Origin: Bryobacterales bacterium | GTDB lineage: Bacteria > Acidobacteriota > Terriglobia > Bryobacterales > UBA6623 | Direction: 5' to 3' | DNA length: 64,000 bases | NCBI GenBank assembly: GCA_965248235.1 | Contig: CBDFIU010000004.1 | Location: forward strand, 961,898-1,025,897 | Shown: positions 21,898 through 31,137 of the stretch, in pieces | How positions within the stretch are numbered: the first letter of the stretch is position 1 | How the letters are laid out: the number at the start of each line of letters is the position of its first letter | Position numbers and translations under genes: made by a program | Notes under the pieces: generated by a model | The model's input: only the letters and a program-made list of their open reading frames with translations | Database searches by the model: none | Told to the model about the DNA's origin: nothing

Positions 21898-22476
21898 TCA
21901 ACTTAGCTTGCTTTTGAGGTCTTCGAGAGTCGGCGCTTGGCCCGCTCGGATGGAGAATCCGTAGCGCCGCCCGGGATCCGGTTCTCGCTCGGCCGTGTAG
22001 TTGCCCCCGAACAATCGATCGAGAGCCGTCTCGATGCCCGACCGCAACTCGGCGTCGGTTGCATCCGTATTCGGAGCTTCCAAGCGGTCATTGACAACCA
22101 GCTCCCAAGAGCCCCAAGCCGGTTGTAGCGCCGAAGGATATTCGGGTTCGGCGAGTAGCGGTTCGACCAACGCGATACAGCGGCGGAAGGTTTCGAGAAC
22201 CCGCTCGTCAATCGCGCCCTCGTGGCCCGACTTCCCGGCATAGAGAAACCCGGGACCGGGATCACCTAGATCAATCGAGAAATTCGCCCGGTGGCCGGCA
22301 AGCAGCATCCCCGCGCCCTTCGGCATGTGGGCGTAATCGGCCATATCGACCCAGTCTTCCGGGTTAGCCTTATCGTGGCGCAGCCGCGCGAAAACGGCCA
22401 GGAACGGATCCACGCTGAAATCGGCCGGAGCCTCGGCAAGTAGCTTGAGGTGGATTCGTTGGAGATCGATTGCCAT
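21898..22476 (-). CDS. hypothetical protein downstream of sulfite/nitrite reductase
   Basis: 192-aa ORF, same strand, 71 bp after the reductase stop; D.ADY.H.P.G.G motif. Confidence 0.75.
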   Translation of the reverse strand: MAIDLQRIHLKLLAEAPADFSVDPFLAVFARLRHDKANPEDWVDMADYAHMPKGAGMLLAGHRANFSIDLGDPGPGFLYAGKSGHEGAIDERVLETFRRCIALVEPLLAEPEYPSALQPAWGSWELVVNDRLEAPNTDATDAELRSGIETALDRLFGGNYTAEREPDPGRRYGFSIRAGQAPTLEDLKSKLS

Positions 22477-22547
22477 GCTGCTCTACGAGATGGCGACCCT
22501 GCCGGCGGCGGGGCCGTTCGCCGATTCGTCGTGCGGACCCGCTCCGC

Positions 22548-24683
22548 CTACGACTGACTGTAGACCGTCTGCGCCTGCTCGATAAACAGCGTAGCCTCTT
22601 CGACCCGCTGTCGAGCGCGCTCCGGCGTGACGTCGTCGATCCCTTCCTCCTCGGTGCGGAAGAAGTTCTCGGCGAATGGCTTCCAGAATAGGCCCCCGTC
22701 GTAGAAGTGCGACCGAAATTCCTTAACGGTATCGTATTTGTCGGAAAGCAGCAGCCCACGCGTGAACAAGATCCCGTCGGCTGCTTTCGTCACCGCTTGA
22801 TAGGAAAGCTCCGCCGCCTCTTTGTGCTGACCCTCGTCCAGCGCCAGCGACGCCTCGAAATTGAGACGGTCGGCATCCTCGAGCATAAACTCGGCCTGGT
22901 CGACGACTTCACCGGCACATTCGCCCACGCCGATGTTCTTCGTGTAGTCCCAGGGTTGGCGGGAGTCGCGGTAGAATTCCGGGTTCTCCTCATGCGTCGG
23001 CAGTTGCACCAGCTCGCCCAGCTCCGTCTTGAGCCGCGCTTTGCCGACGCGGTTGACGACATCAGCCAGCGTCTCGTCGCCGTCCTTTTCAGCACTATAA
23101 AAATCGCTCAGCCTGCGCACCACGTCCGGAGCGTTCTTGGTGGCCACTTTGCCCACCGTCAGACCGAACGACTTGGCGTTCTGCTTCGTCGTTCCGCCCA
23201 AGACCACCTGCACCACCGGCGCGATGTTGTTTCCCTTGCGCTGCACCGACCCGAAGAAACCGATGTCGGCGATATGGTGCTGGCCGCAGGAGTTAAAGCA
23301 CCCGCTGATCTTAATCTTCAAATCGTCTCGATCGGCGATGTCGCTCATGCCGTTGGCGAATTTCTCTTGCAGCACCGCCGCCATTCCGCGCGACGAAGTG
23401 ATGCCGAGCTTGCAGGAATCGGTACCCGGGCAAGCCGTCACGTCGGCCAGCCGACCCGCGCCCGCCGCGGCAATCTCAAGAGCCTTGAGCCCTTCATGGA
23501 AAGCCGGTAGATCTCCGTTCGGTACCCAACGGACGAGAAAATTCTGGCTGACCGTCGTCCGCACTGTATCCTTGACGTGCTTTTCGCAAAGCTTGGCCAG
23601 ACCCCGCAATTGGTCCGCCGAGATGTCGCCAAGCGGCAGGAAGATCTCGACCATCGAGTAACCGGCCTGCTGTTGGGGCCGCACGTTGACGTCGAGCCAG
23701 CGCGACAGTTCGGCGTCGGCGTCGGCGGGAACCATCAACTCCGATCCCGGCTTGAGCGGCTCATCGGCATAGGCGGCCTTGGCTTCCGCGAACTCCCGGC
23801 TCCAGCGCTCGTCTTGGGGCAGCCGCGCGAGTTCCTCTTCCAGCAACCGCGAGAACTCCTCCATCCCCAGCCGGGCGACGAGAAACTTCATGCGCGCCTT
23901 GGCTCGATTCTGCTTCTCGCCCAAACGCGCGAAAACGCGGGCGCAAGCTTGCGCCAACGGCAGCATGTCGTCGGCGGGAACGAAATCCTTGTAGAGCGCC
24001 GCCAGATGAGGCAACGACCCGAGACCGCCGCCGAGGAAGACTTGGAAGCCCTGTACCGGCTTCCCGTCCACCTCTTGAATCTTCGCCACGGCGCCGATGT
24101 CGTGCATCATCGCCAACCCGCAAGCGTGGTCCTCGCAACCCGAAAACGCGATCTTGAACTTGCGCCCGAAATTTTGCGCGTCCGGATGCCGCAGCAGGAA
24201 GTACGCCATCGCTTGGGCGTAGGGCGTCACGTCAAAGGCTTCATCGCGGCACACGCCCGATTCGGGGCAACTGGTCACATTGCGAACAACATTGCCGCAA
24301 GCTTCCTTGGTGGTGATGCCCGCCTCGGCGAGGCGGCGCATCAGATTGGGCGTGTCGTTGATGTCGACGAAGTGATACTGAATATCCTGGCGCGTCGTCA
24401 CATGGCTGACGCCGTCGGCGTATTCTTCCGATAGGTCGGCCAGAGCGTGCATCTTGGCGTTATCCAGTAAGCCCATCGGGATCTTGATGCGCTGCATCTG
24501 GACGCCTTCTTGACGCTGTCCGTAGACCCCGTGCCGCAGGCGAAACTCGAGAAAGATGTTCTCGGGCATCTGCCCGGCCTGAACACGGCGGAGCTCGGTC
24601 TCGTAGACGTCGATTTCGTTGCGCATTTCCTCCGGCAGGTGCGCCCAACGGTCGCTGTTGACGTCGGTTACGGTTGTGGCCAT
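22548..24683 (-). CDS. siroheme nitrite/sulfite reductase (ferredoxin type) with C-terminal HEPN-like extension
   Basis: HGVYGQRQ, TTRQDIQ, RKFKIAFSGC, CPGTDSCKLG, ISGCFNSCGQH. Confidence 0.92.
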   Translation of the reverse strand: MATTVTDVNSDRWAHLPEEMRNEIDVYETELRRVQAGQMPENIFLEFRLRHGVYGQRQEGVQMQRIKIPMGLLDNAKMHALADLSEEYADGVSHVTTRQDIQYHFVDINDTPNLMRRLAEAGITTKEACGNVVRNVTSCPESGVCRDEAFDVTPYAQAMAYFLLRHPDAQNFGRKFKIAFSGCEDHACGLAMMHDIGAVAKIQEVDGKPVQGFQVFLGGGLGSLPHLAALYKDFVPADDMLPLAQACARVFARLGEKQNRAKARMKFLVARLGMEEFSRLLEEELARLPQDERWSREFAEAKAAYADEPLKPGSELMVPADADAELSRWLDVNVRPQQQAGYSMVEIFLPLGDISADQLRGLAKLCEKHVKDTVRTTVSQNFLVRWVPNGDLPAFHEGLKALEIAAAGAGRLADVTACPGTDSCKLGITSSRGMAAVLQEKFANGMSDIADRDDLKIKISGCFNSCGQHHIADIGFFGSVQRKGNNIAPVVQVVLGGTTKQNAKSFGLTVGKVATKNAPDVVRRLSDFYSAEKDGDETLADVVNRVGKARLKTELGELVQLPTHEENPEFYRDSRQPWDYTKNIGVGECAGEVVDQAEFMLEDADRLNFEASLALDEGQHKEAAELSYQAVTKAADGILFTRGLLLSDKYDTVKEFRSHFYDGGLFWKPFAENFFRTEEEGIDDVTPERARQRVEEATLFIEQAQTVYSQS

Positions 24684-24705
24684 GACATCACCCCTCGATC
24701 AGTCG

Positions 24706-24750
24706 AATCTCTACTATCTAGATGGAGATTACGCCCTTTGGACCATTATA
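24706..24750 (-). promoter_or_regulatory. sigma-70 -10 box plus palindromic operator for the reductase
   Basis: TATAAT on minus at 24750-24745; AATCTCTAC-N7-ATGGAGATT at 24706-24730. Confidence 0.55.
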
Positions 24751-24918
24751 ACGGCGGGCTATTCGTGGTGCATTCGCGCCTGCGCGAGACCACGCAAGGC
24801 CGCCGGGCAACGGCAAGGATCATCGGGAGCTGCGGCCCCTCTTCCTTTCGTTTCAATCCGGTTGTGGGCTGTACGACATAAATGTGGGACGTCCTTCGGG
24901 GAAAATGGAAGGTGAGGT

Positions 24919-26328
24919 TTAGAATGGGGCGTCGTCCGCGGGGGCCTCGGGTTCGGGGTCGTCGAGGGGGCCCTCGGAGAGGTTTTCGAACTTCACGTAC
25001 TTGTGGAGGAAGGCCAGTTTGATCTTGCCGGTCGGACCGTTGCGCTGTTTACCGATAATCAGTTCCGCCACGCCGTGCAAGTCTTCGCGATCGGGCTTGT
25101 AGACTTCCTCGCGAAAGATGAAGCCGACCAAGTCGGCGTCTTGCTCGATCGAACCGCTCTCGCGCAGGTCGCTCAACTGCGGGCGATGGTCGCCGGTACG
25201 TATTTCGGGGGCGCGACTTAGCTGCGAGAGAGCGACGACGGGTACGCCCAGATCTTTCGCCAACAATTTCAGCCCCCGAGTCAAGGCCGAAATCTCTTGT
25301 ACGCGGCTGTCATAACGGCCCTTGGCCGACATCAACTGAATGTAGTCGACGATGATCAGGGCCAGGCCGTGCTCCGACTTAAGACGCCGGCACTTGGCGC
25401 TGATGTCCATCATCGTCGTCCCCGCGGAATCGTCGATGAAGAGTTTCGCGTCGACGAGTTGGCTTAACGCGGCGCTGAGGCGGCGGCGTTCGTCTTGGTT
25501 CAAATAGCCTCCTCGGAAACGATGGCTATCGACCCGCGCGGTGGCGCACAGCATTCGCGTCAGCAGTGACTCTTTCCCCATTTCAAGAGAAAAAATCGCC
25601 ACGGGTTGGCCCGGCTTGTCGGGACGGTTGGAAGCGACGTGCTGCGCGATGTTGAGCGCAAAGGCGGTCTTGCCCATGGCGGGGCGCGCGGCGACAACAA
25701 TCAGCTCGCCGGCATGAAGGCCGGTCGTGCGCTCGTCAAATTCGAGAAACGGAGTCGAGATCCCCCGCACACGCTTGCTGGGGTCGAGGAAGGCGGCCAC
25801 GCCTCCGGCGTACTCCTCCACGATTTGGCGCGGGTTCGACAATCCCGAGCGCAATTGGGCGTCGCCGACCCGCATGACGGCCGATTCGGCTTCGGCGATC
25901 AGATCCTCGGCTTCCTCGCCGCCGTCCATGCAATTGTTGATGATGTTCTGGGCGGTGAAGATCAGATTTCGCAGCAGCGACTTGTCTTTGACGATCTTCA
26001 GGTAACTGTCGATCGAATCCAGACGCGGGAGCCCGTCGGTCAGCGAAGAGATGTAGGCGATGCCGTCAACCGATTCGAGTTGGGTGTGTTTTTCGAGCTC
26101 GTTGACCAGGGTGAGGTATTCGATGCGCTCGCCGCGGGCATGCAAATCCTCCATGCGCAGGAAGATGCGACGGTGCTTTTCGACGTTGAAATCACCGGAA
26201 TCGACGGCACCGGCTACCTGCGGAAAGAGCGTGTCGTCGAGAAGGACGGAACCGAGCACGAATTGCTCGGCTTCGAGGTTGGTCGGGAGACCTCTTTCAA
26301 GGGCGAGAGCTGTACCGTTCGTAGCCAT
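24919..26328 (-). CDS. dnaB: replicative DNA helicase
   Basis: AARPAMGKT, FSLEM, VDYIQLM, LSQLSR, DLRESGSIEQDAD, KQRNGPTG. Confidence 0.98.
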   Translation of the reverse strand: MATNGTALALERGLPTNLEAEQFVLGSVLLDDTLFPQVAGAVDSGDFNVEKHRRIFLRMEDLHARGERIEYLTLVNELEKHTQLESVDGIAYISSLTDGLPRLDSIDSYLKIVKDKSLLRNLIFTAQNIINNCMDGGEEAEDLIAEAESAVMRVGDAQLRSGLSNPRQIVEEYAGGVAAFLDPSKRVRGISTPFLEFDERTTGLHAGELIVVAARPAMGKTAFALNIAQHVASNRPDKPGQPVAIFSLEMGKESLLTRMLCATARVDSHRFRGGYLNQDERRRLSAALSQLVDAKLFIDDSAGTTMMDISAKCRRLKSEHGLALIIVDYIQLMSAKGRYDSRVQEISALTRGLKLLAKDLGVPVVALSQLSRAPEIRTGDHRPQLSDLRESGSIEQDADLVGFIFREEVYKPDREDLHGVAELIIGKQRNGPTGKIKLAFLHKYVKFENLSEGPLDDPEPEAPADDAPF

Positions 26329-26504
26329 GCGAAGCTTCAGTTGATTGGGCTAGTATGCCGGCCGCGGGCGGTGATGTAGCAGAAAATTTTCCGTTGCCTG
26401 AACCCACTTTGTTTTCTGCGTCTTACGCTGTGGACCGGCAAAAGCGGCATGGGTTTTTCGCCCAGAGTACGCGGCAAACCATTGAAAATAAATCGGTTAG
26501 GCCC

Positions 26505-26524
26505 TGTGGAAAACATGTGAAAAT
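26505..26524. promoter_or_regulatory. tandem DnaA boxes upstream of dnaB
   Basis: TGTGGAAAA (26505-13) fits TTWTNCACA; TGTGAAAAT (26516-24) has one mismatch; AT-rich context. Confidence 0.5.
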
Positions 26525-26695
26525 ACACTGGATCGTGACACCTACAGCGTCTGCAAGATAAACCCTTTAGTTCTGGTGCCTTGCAGCCTTCAGGATGAAA
26601 ACGTTTGTCGTTGGTTTTGTTTTGATATTATGCCACGAAGGCGAATAAAAGACAAATCTACGCCTGTCATGCTTCGTGAAACTCGAGGATTCTTG

Positions 26696-27241
26696 TTACA
26701 GCGGTCGGAAGAAGTCGACCGGGTCAAGCGCCGTGAGCTTCCAGCGCTTCTTAGATTTTCCGGCTTGTGCGACGGCTATACGAACGGAGGCGCGGCGGGA
26801 TTCGACGCGGCCGGGCGCGCCGACCAGGGTCAATTGCAAGATCCAATCGATGGTGGCTCGATAGCCCGCGTCAACGGATTCCCAATTGGTGATTCGGAGC
26901 GACGAGGCGATGTCGGCTTGCGCCGACAATGCCGCGACGTGAGTTTCGAGTCGCGCGTACTCGCTGACGCTTTGCTTGTCGAAATAGGAAAGGAATCGGG
27001 TCGCGTTGCGGGCGCTGAGGGCGCGCCCGGCGTCGTTGAGCATTCGGGTTATCGCTTTGCGTGAGGGGTCGGTGTCCTGAGCGCTCAGGCGGGCCGGCCC
27101 TACGAGGGAGGGCGCCAAGGCGACGGCCGCCACAAAGGCAATCCGGCCCAGAGTGCGTCGTCGGTATGGTCGGTACCCTGGACCGGGGCGCGAGACGCGT
27201 CGACGCGCACGCGGAGGGACCGATTGGGTGAGAGAGTTCAC
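26696..27241 (-). CDS. hypothetical exported protein
   Basis: GTGA overlap with argJ stop; RR-containing leader and hydrophobic helix. Confidence 0.6.
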   Translation of the reverse strand: MNSLTQSVPPRARRRVSRPGPGYRPYRRRTLGRIAFVAAVALAPSLVGPARLSAQDTDPSRKAITRMLNDAGRALSARNATRFLSYFDKQSVSEYARLETHVAALSAQADIASSLRITNWESVDAGYRATIDWILQLTLVGAPGRVESRRASVRIAVAQAGKSKKRWKLTALDPVDFFRPL

Positions 27242-28413
27242 GTACGATACTCGGCGTTGATGTCGATGTATTCCTTGGTGAAGTCGCAGGTCCAAAAACG
27301 AGCGCGCCCCTTGCCCCCGCCTCGGATGCGGAATCGCAGGGTCGATTCGTCAAGCTCCATGGTGGTTTGCACTTCGGCCTCGACGAAATCCGACCGCACT
27401 CCCCGTCGGCAGATCAAGTGCCCGTTGAGATGGACGTCGACTTTGGTGGCGTCAAAGGGCACGCCCGCCGCTCCCGCCGAGGAGAGAACGCGGCCCCAGT
27501 TGGGATCGGCGCCGGCAAGCGCGGTTTTGACCAGCGGCGAGTTGGCGATGGCGCGGGCCAGACGCACCGCCTGAGCGTTGGTCGCCGCGCCTTCGATTTC
27601 AATCGTGAGAACTTTCTTGGAGCCCTCGCCGTCGCCGACAATACCGACGGCCAACTCTTCGGCCAGCTTGTTGAGCGCTTCTTGGAAGCCGCGGCGGTCA
27701 CGGCTGGCGAGTCGAACTCCCGACGCGCCGTTGGCGAGCAACAAGACGGTGTCGTTGGTTGAGGTGTCGCCGTCGACGGAAATGCGGTTGAAGCTGTTTT
27801 CGACCGCCGCGCGCAGCATCTTTCGCAAGTCGGTCGGCTCGATCCGGGCGTCGGTGAACAGGAAGCTGAGCATCGTCGCCATGTTGGGATGAATCATCCC
27901 GGCGCCCTTGGCCATGCCGGCGATCCGGATCGTCCCCGCGGCGCTTTCGATTTCGGCCGACGCGGTTTTGGGGTAGGTGTCGGTGGTCATGATGGAGGCC
28001 GCCGAGGGTTCGAAGCCTTCAGGCGCCAACGCGGCGTTGAGTCCCGGCAGGGCGTCGAGGATCAACTTTTCGTCCATAGGTTCGCCGATGACGCCGGTCG
28101 AGGCTACCAGCACTTGGTTCACCGGCGCTTTGAGAAGCCTCGCGGCGGCGCGAACGGTAGCCGTCACGACTTTGTTCATCGTGGGCGTGGCGCAATTGGC
28201 GTTGCCGGCGTTGGCGACGATGGCGCGGCAGACGCCTCCGCTTTTTTCCAGATGCTTCTTGGAGACAGTCACCGGCGCGGCGCACACTTGGTTTTGCGTG
28301 AACACGCCGGCCACCGAGGCCGGCACGTCGGAAACCATCAGCGTCAAATCGTCGTCGGGATGTTTGCGTATACCCGCGTAGGTTGCGGCAAATCGAAAGC
28401 CCTGAGGAATCAC
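27238..28413 (-). CDS. argJ: bifunctional ornithine acetyltransferase/N-acetylglutamate synthase
   Basis: NAGNANC, STGVIG, IMTTDT, KGAGMIHPNMATML, DGDTSTND, SPLVKTA, NAEYRT. Confidence 0.97.
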   Translation of the reverse strand: MIPQGFRFAATYAGIRKHPDDDLTLMVSDVPASVAGVFTQNQVCAAPVTVSKKHLEKSGGVCRAIVANAGNANCATPTMNKVVTATVRAAARLLKAPVNQVLVASTGVIGEPMDEKLILDALPGLNAALAPEGFEPSAASIMTTDTYPKTASAEIESAAGTIRIAGMAKGAGMIHPNMATMLSFLFTDARIEPTDLRKMLRAAVENSFNRISVDGDTSTNDTVLLLANGASGVRLASRDRRGFQEALNKLAEELAVGIVGDGEGSKKVLTIEIEGAATNAQAVRLARAIANSPLVKTALAGADPNWGRVLSSAGAAGVPFDATKVDVHLNGHLICRRGVRSDFVEAEVQTTMELDESTLRFRIRGGGKGRARFWTCDFTKEYIDINAEYRT

Positions 28414-28418
28414 GAAGA

Positions 28419-29348
28419 CTATTCTCCTAACTTTTCACCCGGCGCGGGACGGTATCCGCGCAAAAATTCGGCGGCGGCCACGCGCTTCTTGCCTTCGAGT
28501 TGGACGGCCTCAACGGAAAGCGAGGTAGCACCGCCACAGCCAACTCGAAAACCGGAATCGATGGAAGTGATTTCACCGGGTTCGCCCGCGGCTTTGTCGA
28601 CAGCCGGCCCCCAACGAATATGCAAGCGTTTCCCGCGAAAGCGCGTATAGCTGCCCGGCCAGGGGTCGAAGCCGCGCAGGCGGTTGAAAATCTCGGACGC
28701 AGGGAGGCTCCAATCGATCAAGCCGTCCTCGCGTTTCATGATCGGCGCATAGGTGGACTCTTGCTCGTTTTGCGTTTCGCCTGTGACGGTACCCGCCGCG
28801 AGCGCATCGAGGGTTTCGAGCAGCAAGTCGGCACCCATGGGGGCCAGTCGGGCCGATAATTCCGAAGCGGTCTCAAGCGGGCCGATCGGGGTCTCGCGCT
28901 TGAGCAGCATGTCGCCCGCGTCGAGGCGTTTAGCGATTCGCATGGTCGTCACGCCGGTGACGGTTTCCCCTCGAGCGATGGCCCAGTTGATGGGCGCGGC
29001 TCCGCGATAGCGCGGCAGCAGCGAGGCATGGACGTTGATGCTCCCCAGGCCCGGGAAGTCGAAGATCGCGGCCGGAATGATCTGCCCGTAACCGACGACG
29101 ACAATCGCGTCGGGTCTAATGCTGTCGATGCGCGCGATCGACGCGGCGTCCTTGACTCGATGGGGTTGAAAAACCTCCAGCCCCAACTCCAGGGCGCGGG
29201 CTTTCACCGCGGGCGCGGAGAGTTTACGGCCGCGGCCTACGGGGCGATCGGGCTGGGTGAAGACCAAAGCGATGTCGTCACCACGCTCGTGAAGCGCGTC
29301 AAGAGTGGCTACCGCGAACGCGGGGGTCCCCATGAAGACAACACGCAT
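28419..29348 (-). CDS. fmt: methionyl-tRNA formyltransferase
   Basis: VFMGTPAFA, TQPDRP.GRG, NVHASLLPRYRGAAPI, LDAGD. Confidence 0.97.
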   Translation of the reverse strand: MRVVFMGTPAFAVATLDALHERGDDIALVFTQPDRPVGRGRKLSAPAVKARALELGLEVFQPHRVKDAASIARIDSIRPDAIVVVGYGQIIPAAIFDFPGLGSINVHASLLPRYRGAAPINWAIARGETVTGVTTMRIAKRLDAGDMLLKRETPIGPLETASELSARLAPMGADLLLETLDALAAGTVTGETQNEQESTYAPIMKREDGLIDWSLPASEIFNRLRGFDPWPGSYTRFRGKRLHIRWGPAVDKAAGEPGEITSIDSGFRVGCGGATSLSVEAVQLEGKKRVAAAEFLRGYRPAPGEKLGE

Positions 29349-29353
29349 GGGGG

Positions 29354-29869
29354 CTAATCCCACTCGCCGTTTCGCCGCAGCTTCCTGATCTTGCGGAGGA
29401 TGATTTCGCGCTTGAGTCGGCTGATGTGTTTGAGGAAAAGGACTCCGTTGAGGTGATCGTTTTCGTGCTGGATCGCGCGGGCCAGTAACTCCTCGCCTTC
29501 CGCCTCGAACCATTCGCCCTTGGTGTCTTGCGCGCGCACGGTGACTTGGGAAGCGCGCCTAACGTCTTCGCGAAAACCGGGAATTGAAAGACAACCTTCC
29601 TCGCCGACCTGCTTGCCCTCGGCGGTTGTGATTTCCGGGTTGATCAGAACCAGTTTCTTGTCGGGCTCTTCTCCGGCGGTGGAATCGATGACGGTGAGGC
29701 GCTTGGGCAGCCCGATCTGCGGCGCGGCCAAGCCTACACCGCCGTGGTCGTACATCGTTTCGAACATGTCGGCGACGAGCTCGTGGAGTTCGGGGGTATT
29801 GAACTCGGTGATGGGCTCGCAGACGGTTTCGAGAACGGGGTCTCCGTATTTGACGATTTTGCGGATCAT
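29354..29869 (-). CDS. def: peptide deformylase
   Basis: GVGLAAPQIG, EGCLS, QHENDHLNG. Confidence 0.97.
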   Translation of the reverse strand: MIRKIVKYGDPVLETVCEPITEFNTPELHELVADMFETMYDHGGVGLAAPQIGLPKRLTVIDSTAGEEPDKKLVLINPEITTAEGKQVGEEGCLSIPGFREDVRRASQVTVRAQDTKGEWFEAEGEELLARAIQHENDHLNGVLFLKHISRLKREIILRKIRKLRRNGEWD

Positions 29870-30071
29870 GATGCTGCGTCGATGGTCGGAGCGGACCGCC
29901 GCGCACCGCTCCGAGGATCGCGGAAACTATCGTTCCTACCAATATATTACCGGGCGCGCGGCTCCGCCTACCCGACGAACTCGATTGGCCTAAAGCGAGC
30001 AGGGAGGCACAGCCGGCTGGGATTATGCCTTGCCATACCTATACTGATATCAGATAATGATATCAAACATC

Positions 30072-30293
30072 ATGAGAACAATTGTTGATCTTCCCAAGGA
30101 ACAGGTCGATTCGCTGGCCGAATTGTGTCGCCGTGAAGGCATCTCGCGCGCTGAAGCTATTCGTCGCGCGATCGCGTCGTATCTTGTCGACGAGGCACCG
30201 GCCTCGGACGACGACGCCTTTGGAATGTGGCGGGATCGCAAGATCGACGGGGTGACTTACCAGAGAAAACTTCGTCGTGAGTGGTCGCGATGA
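30072..30293 (+). CDS. vapB: CopG/RHH antitoxin
   Basis: MRTIVDLP...GISRAEAIRRAI...AFGMW; ATGA overlap with PIN toxin. Confidence 0.85.
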   Translation: MRTIVDLPKEQVDSLAELCRREGISRAEAIRRAIASYLVDEAPASDDDAFGMWRDRKIDGVTYQRKLRREWSR

Positions 30294-30655
30294 AGGTTGT
30301 CGTCGACACGAATATTTTGATCGATTACCTCGAAGGGTTCGACCAAGCTCGGCTCGAACTCGGCCGACACGATGTGATCCTGCTGAGTCCGATTAGTTGG
30401 ATGGAAGTCTTGGTCGGTGCGAAGCCGGGAGCCGATGAGCGAAGGGCGCGCCGTTTTCTTCGGCGTTTTCCGTTAGTCCCTATCGACCAAGAGGTTAGTG
30501 AGATCGCGGTCGCCCTTCGGCGAGATGAAAAAATTGCCCTCCCGGACGCGATCATCTGGGCCGGTGCGAAAGTCAACGACGCTCTGTTGGTAACGCGAAA
30601 TACGAAAGATTTTCCGGCCGACCGACATGACGTTCGCGTGCCTTACAGGCTTTGA
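30290..30655 (+). CDS. vapC: PIN-domain toxin
   Basis: VVDTNILID, E.LVG, LPDAIIWA, LVTRN.KDF. Confidence 0.9.
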   Translation: MKVVVDTNILIDYLEGFDQARLELGRHDVILLSPISWMEVLVGAKPGADERRARRFLRRFPLVPIDQEVSEIAVALRRDEKIALPDAIIWAGAKVNDALLVTRNTKDFPADRHDVRVPYRL

Positions 30656-30832
30656 GATTCAGCCGCTACCGATCTATGCCTCCTCAATGCCAAGGAACGA
30701 TACCGGAGCAGAGAGACGCTCTCACTCGGGAAGGAGCGACCGACTTTGCTGCTCGATCGATTGCTCGGCGCGCGGCGGCGGGTCCACCACTGTTTCGAGG
30801 GCGGAGAGACCTCATCGCATACCGCTTCCTCA

Positions 30833-31137
30833 GGAGCTGTGAAAAATTGGGGACCCTTCCGAAAATCCCCTTCGAGCGTACGGCGGGTTACGACATAGCC
30901 CAATCAGGCCGCACCTGTCGTGCAGCCGCGGAGCGGCGACGGGAAAGTAGCCCCGGGCTTCAGCCCGGGGTTTCACGCCAAAAAACGGCAAGCCCCGGAC
31001 GGGGCGTAGGAGCATTCGTCCGATGCGACTGGACCCAACCGAAACGTTCAGGTCGACGCCTCGCCCCCATTTTCATGGCGGTCGTATGAACGCCGCGCTT
31101 TCATACGAATCGACTGTCCCCGATTTTTCACAGCCCC
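30833..31137. mobile_element. MITE, long copy, TCA target duplication
   Basis: Ends GGAGCTGTGAAAAAT and ATTTTTCACAGCCCC; TCA on both flanks (30830-32, 31138-40). Confidence 0.7.
30924..31006. repeat. REP-like palindrome cluster
   Basis: GTAG-CCCCGGGCT-TC-AGCCCGGGG at 30947-70, flanked by AGCCGCGGAGCGGCG and AGCCCCGGACGGGGCG. Confidence 0.6.
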
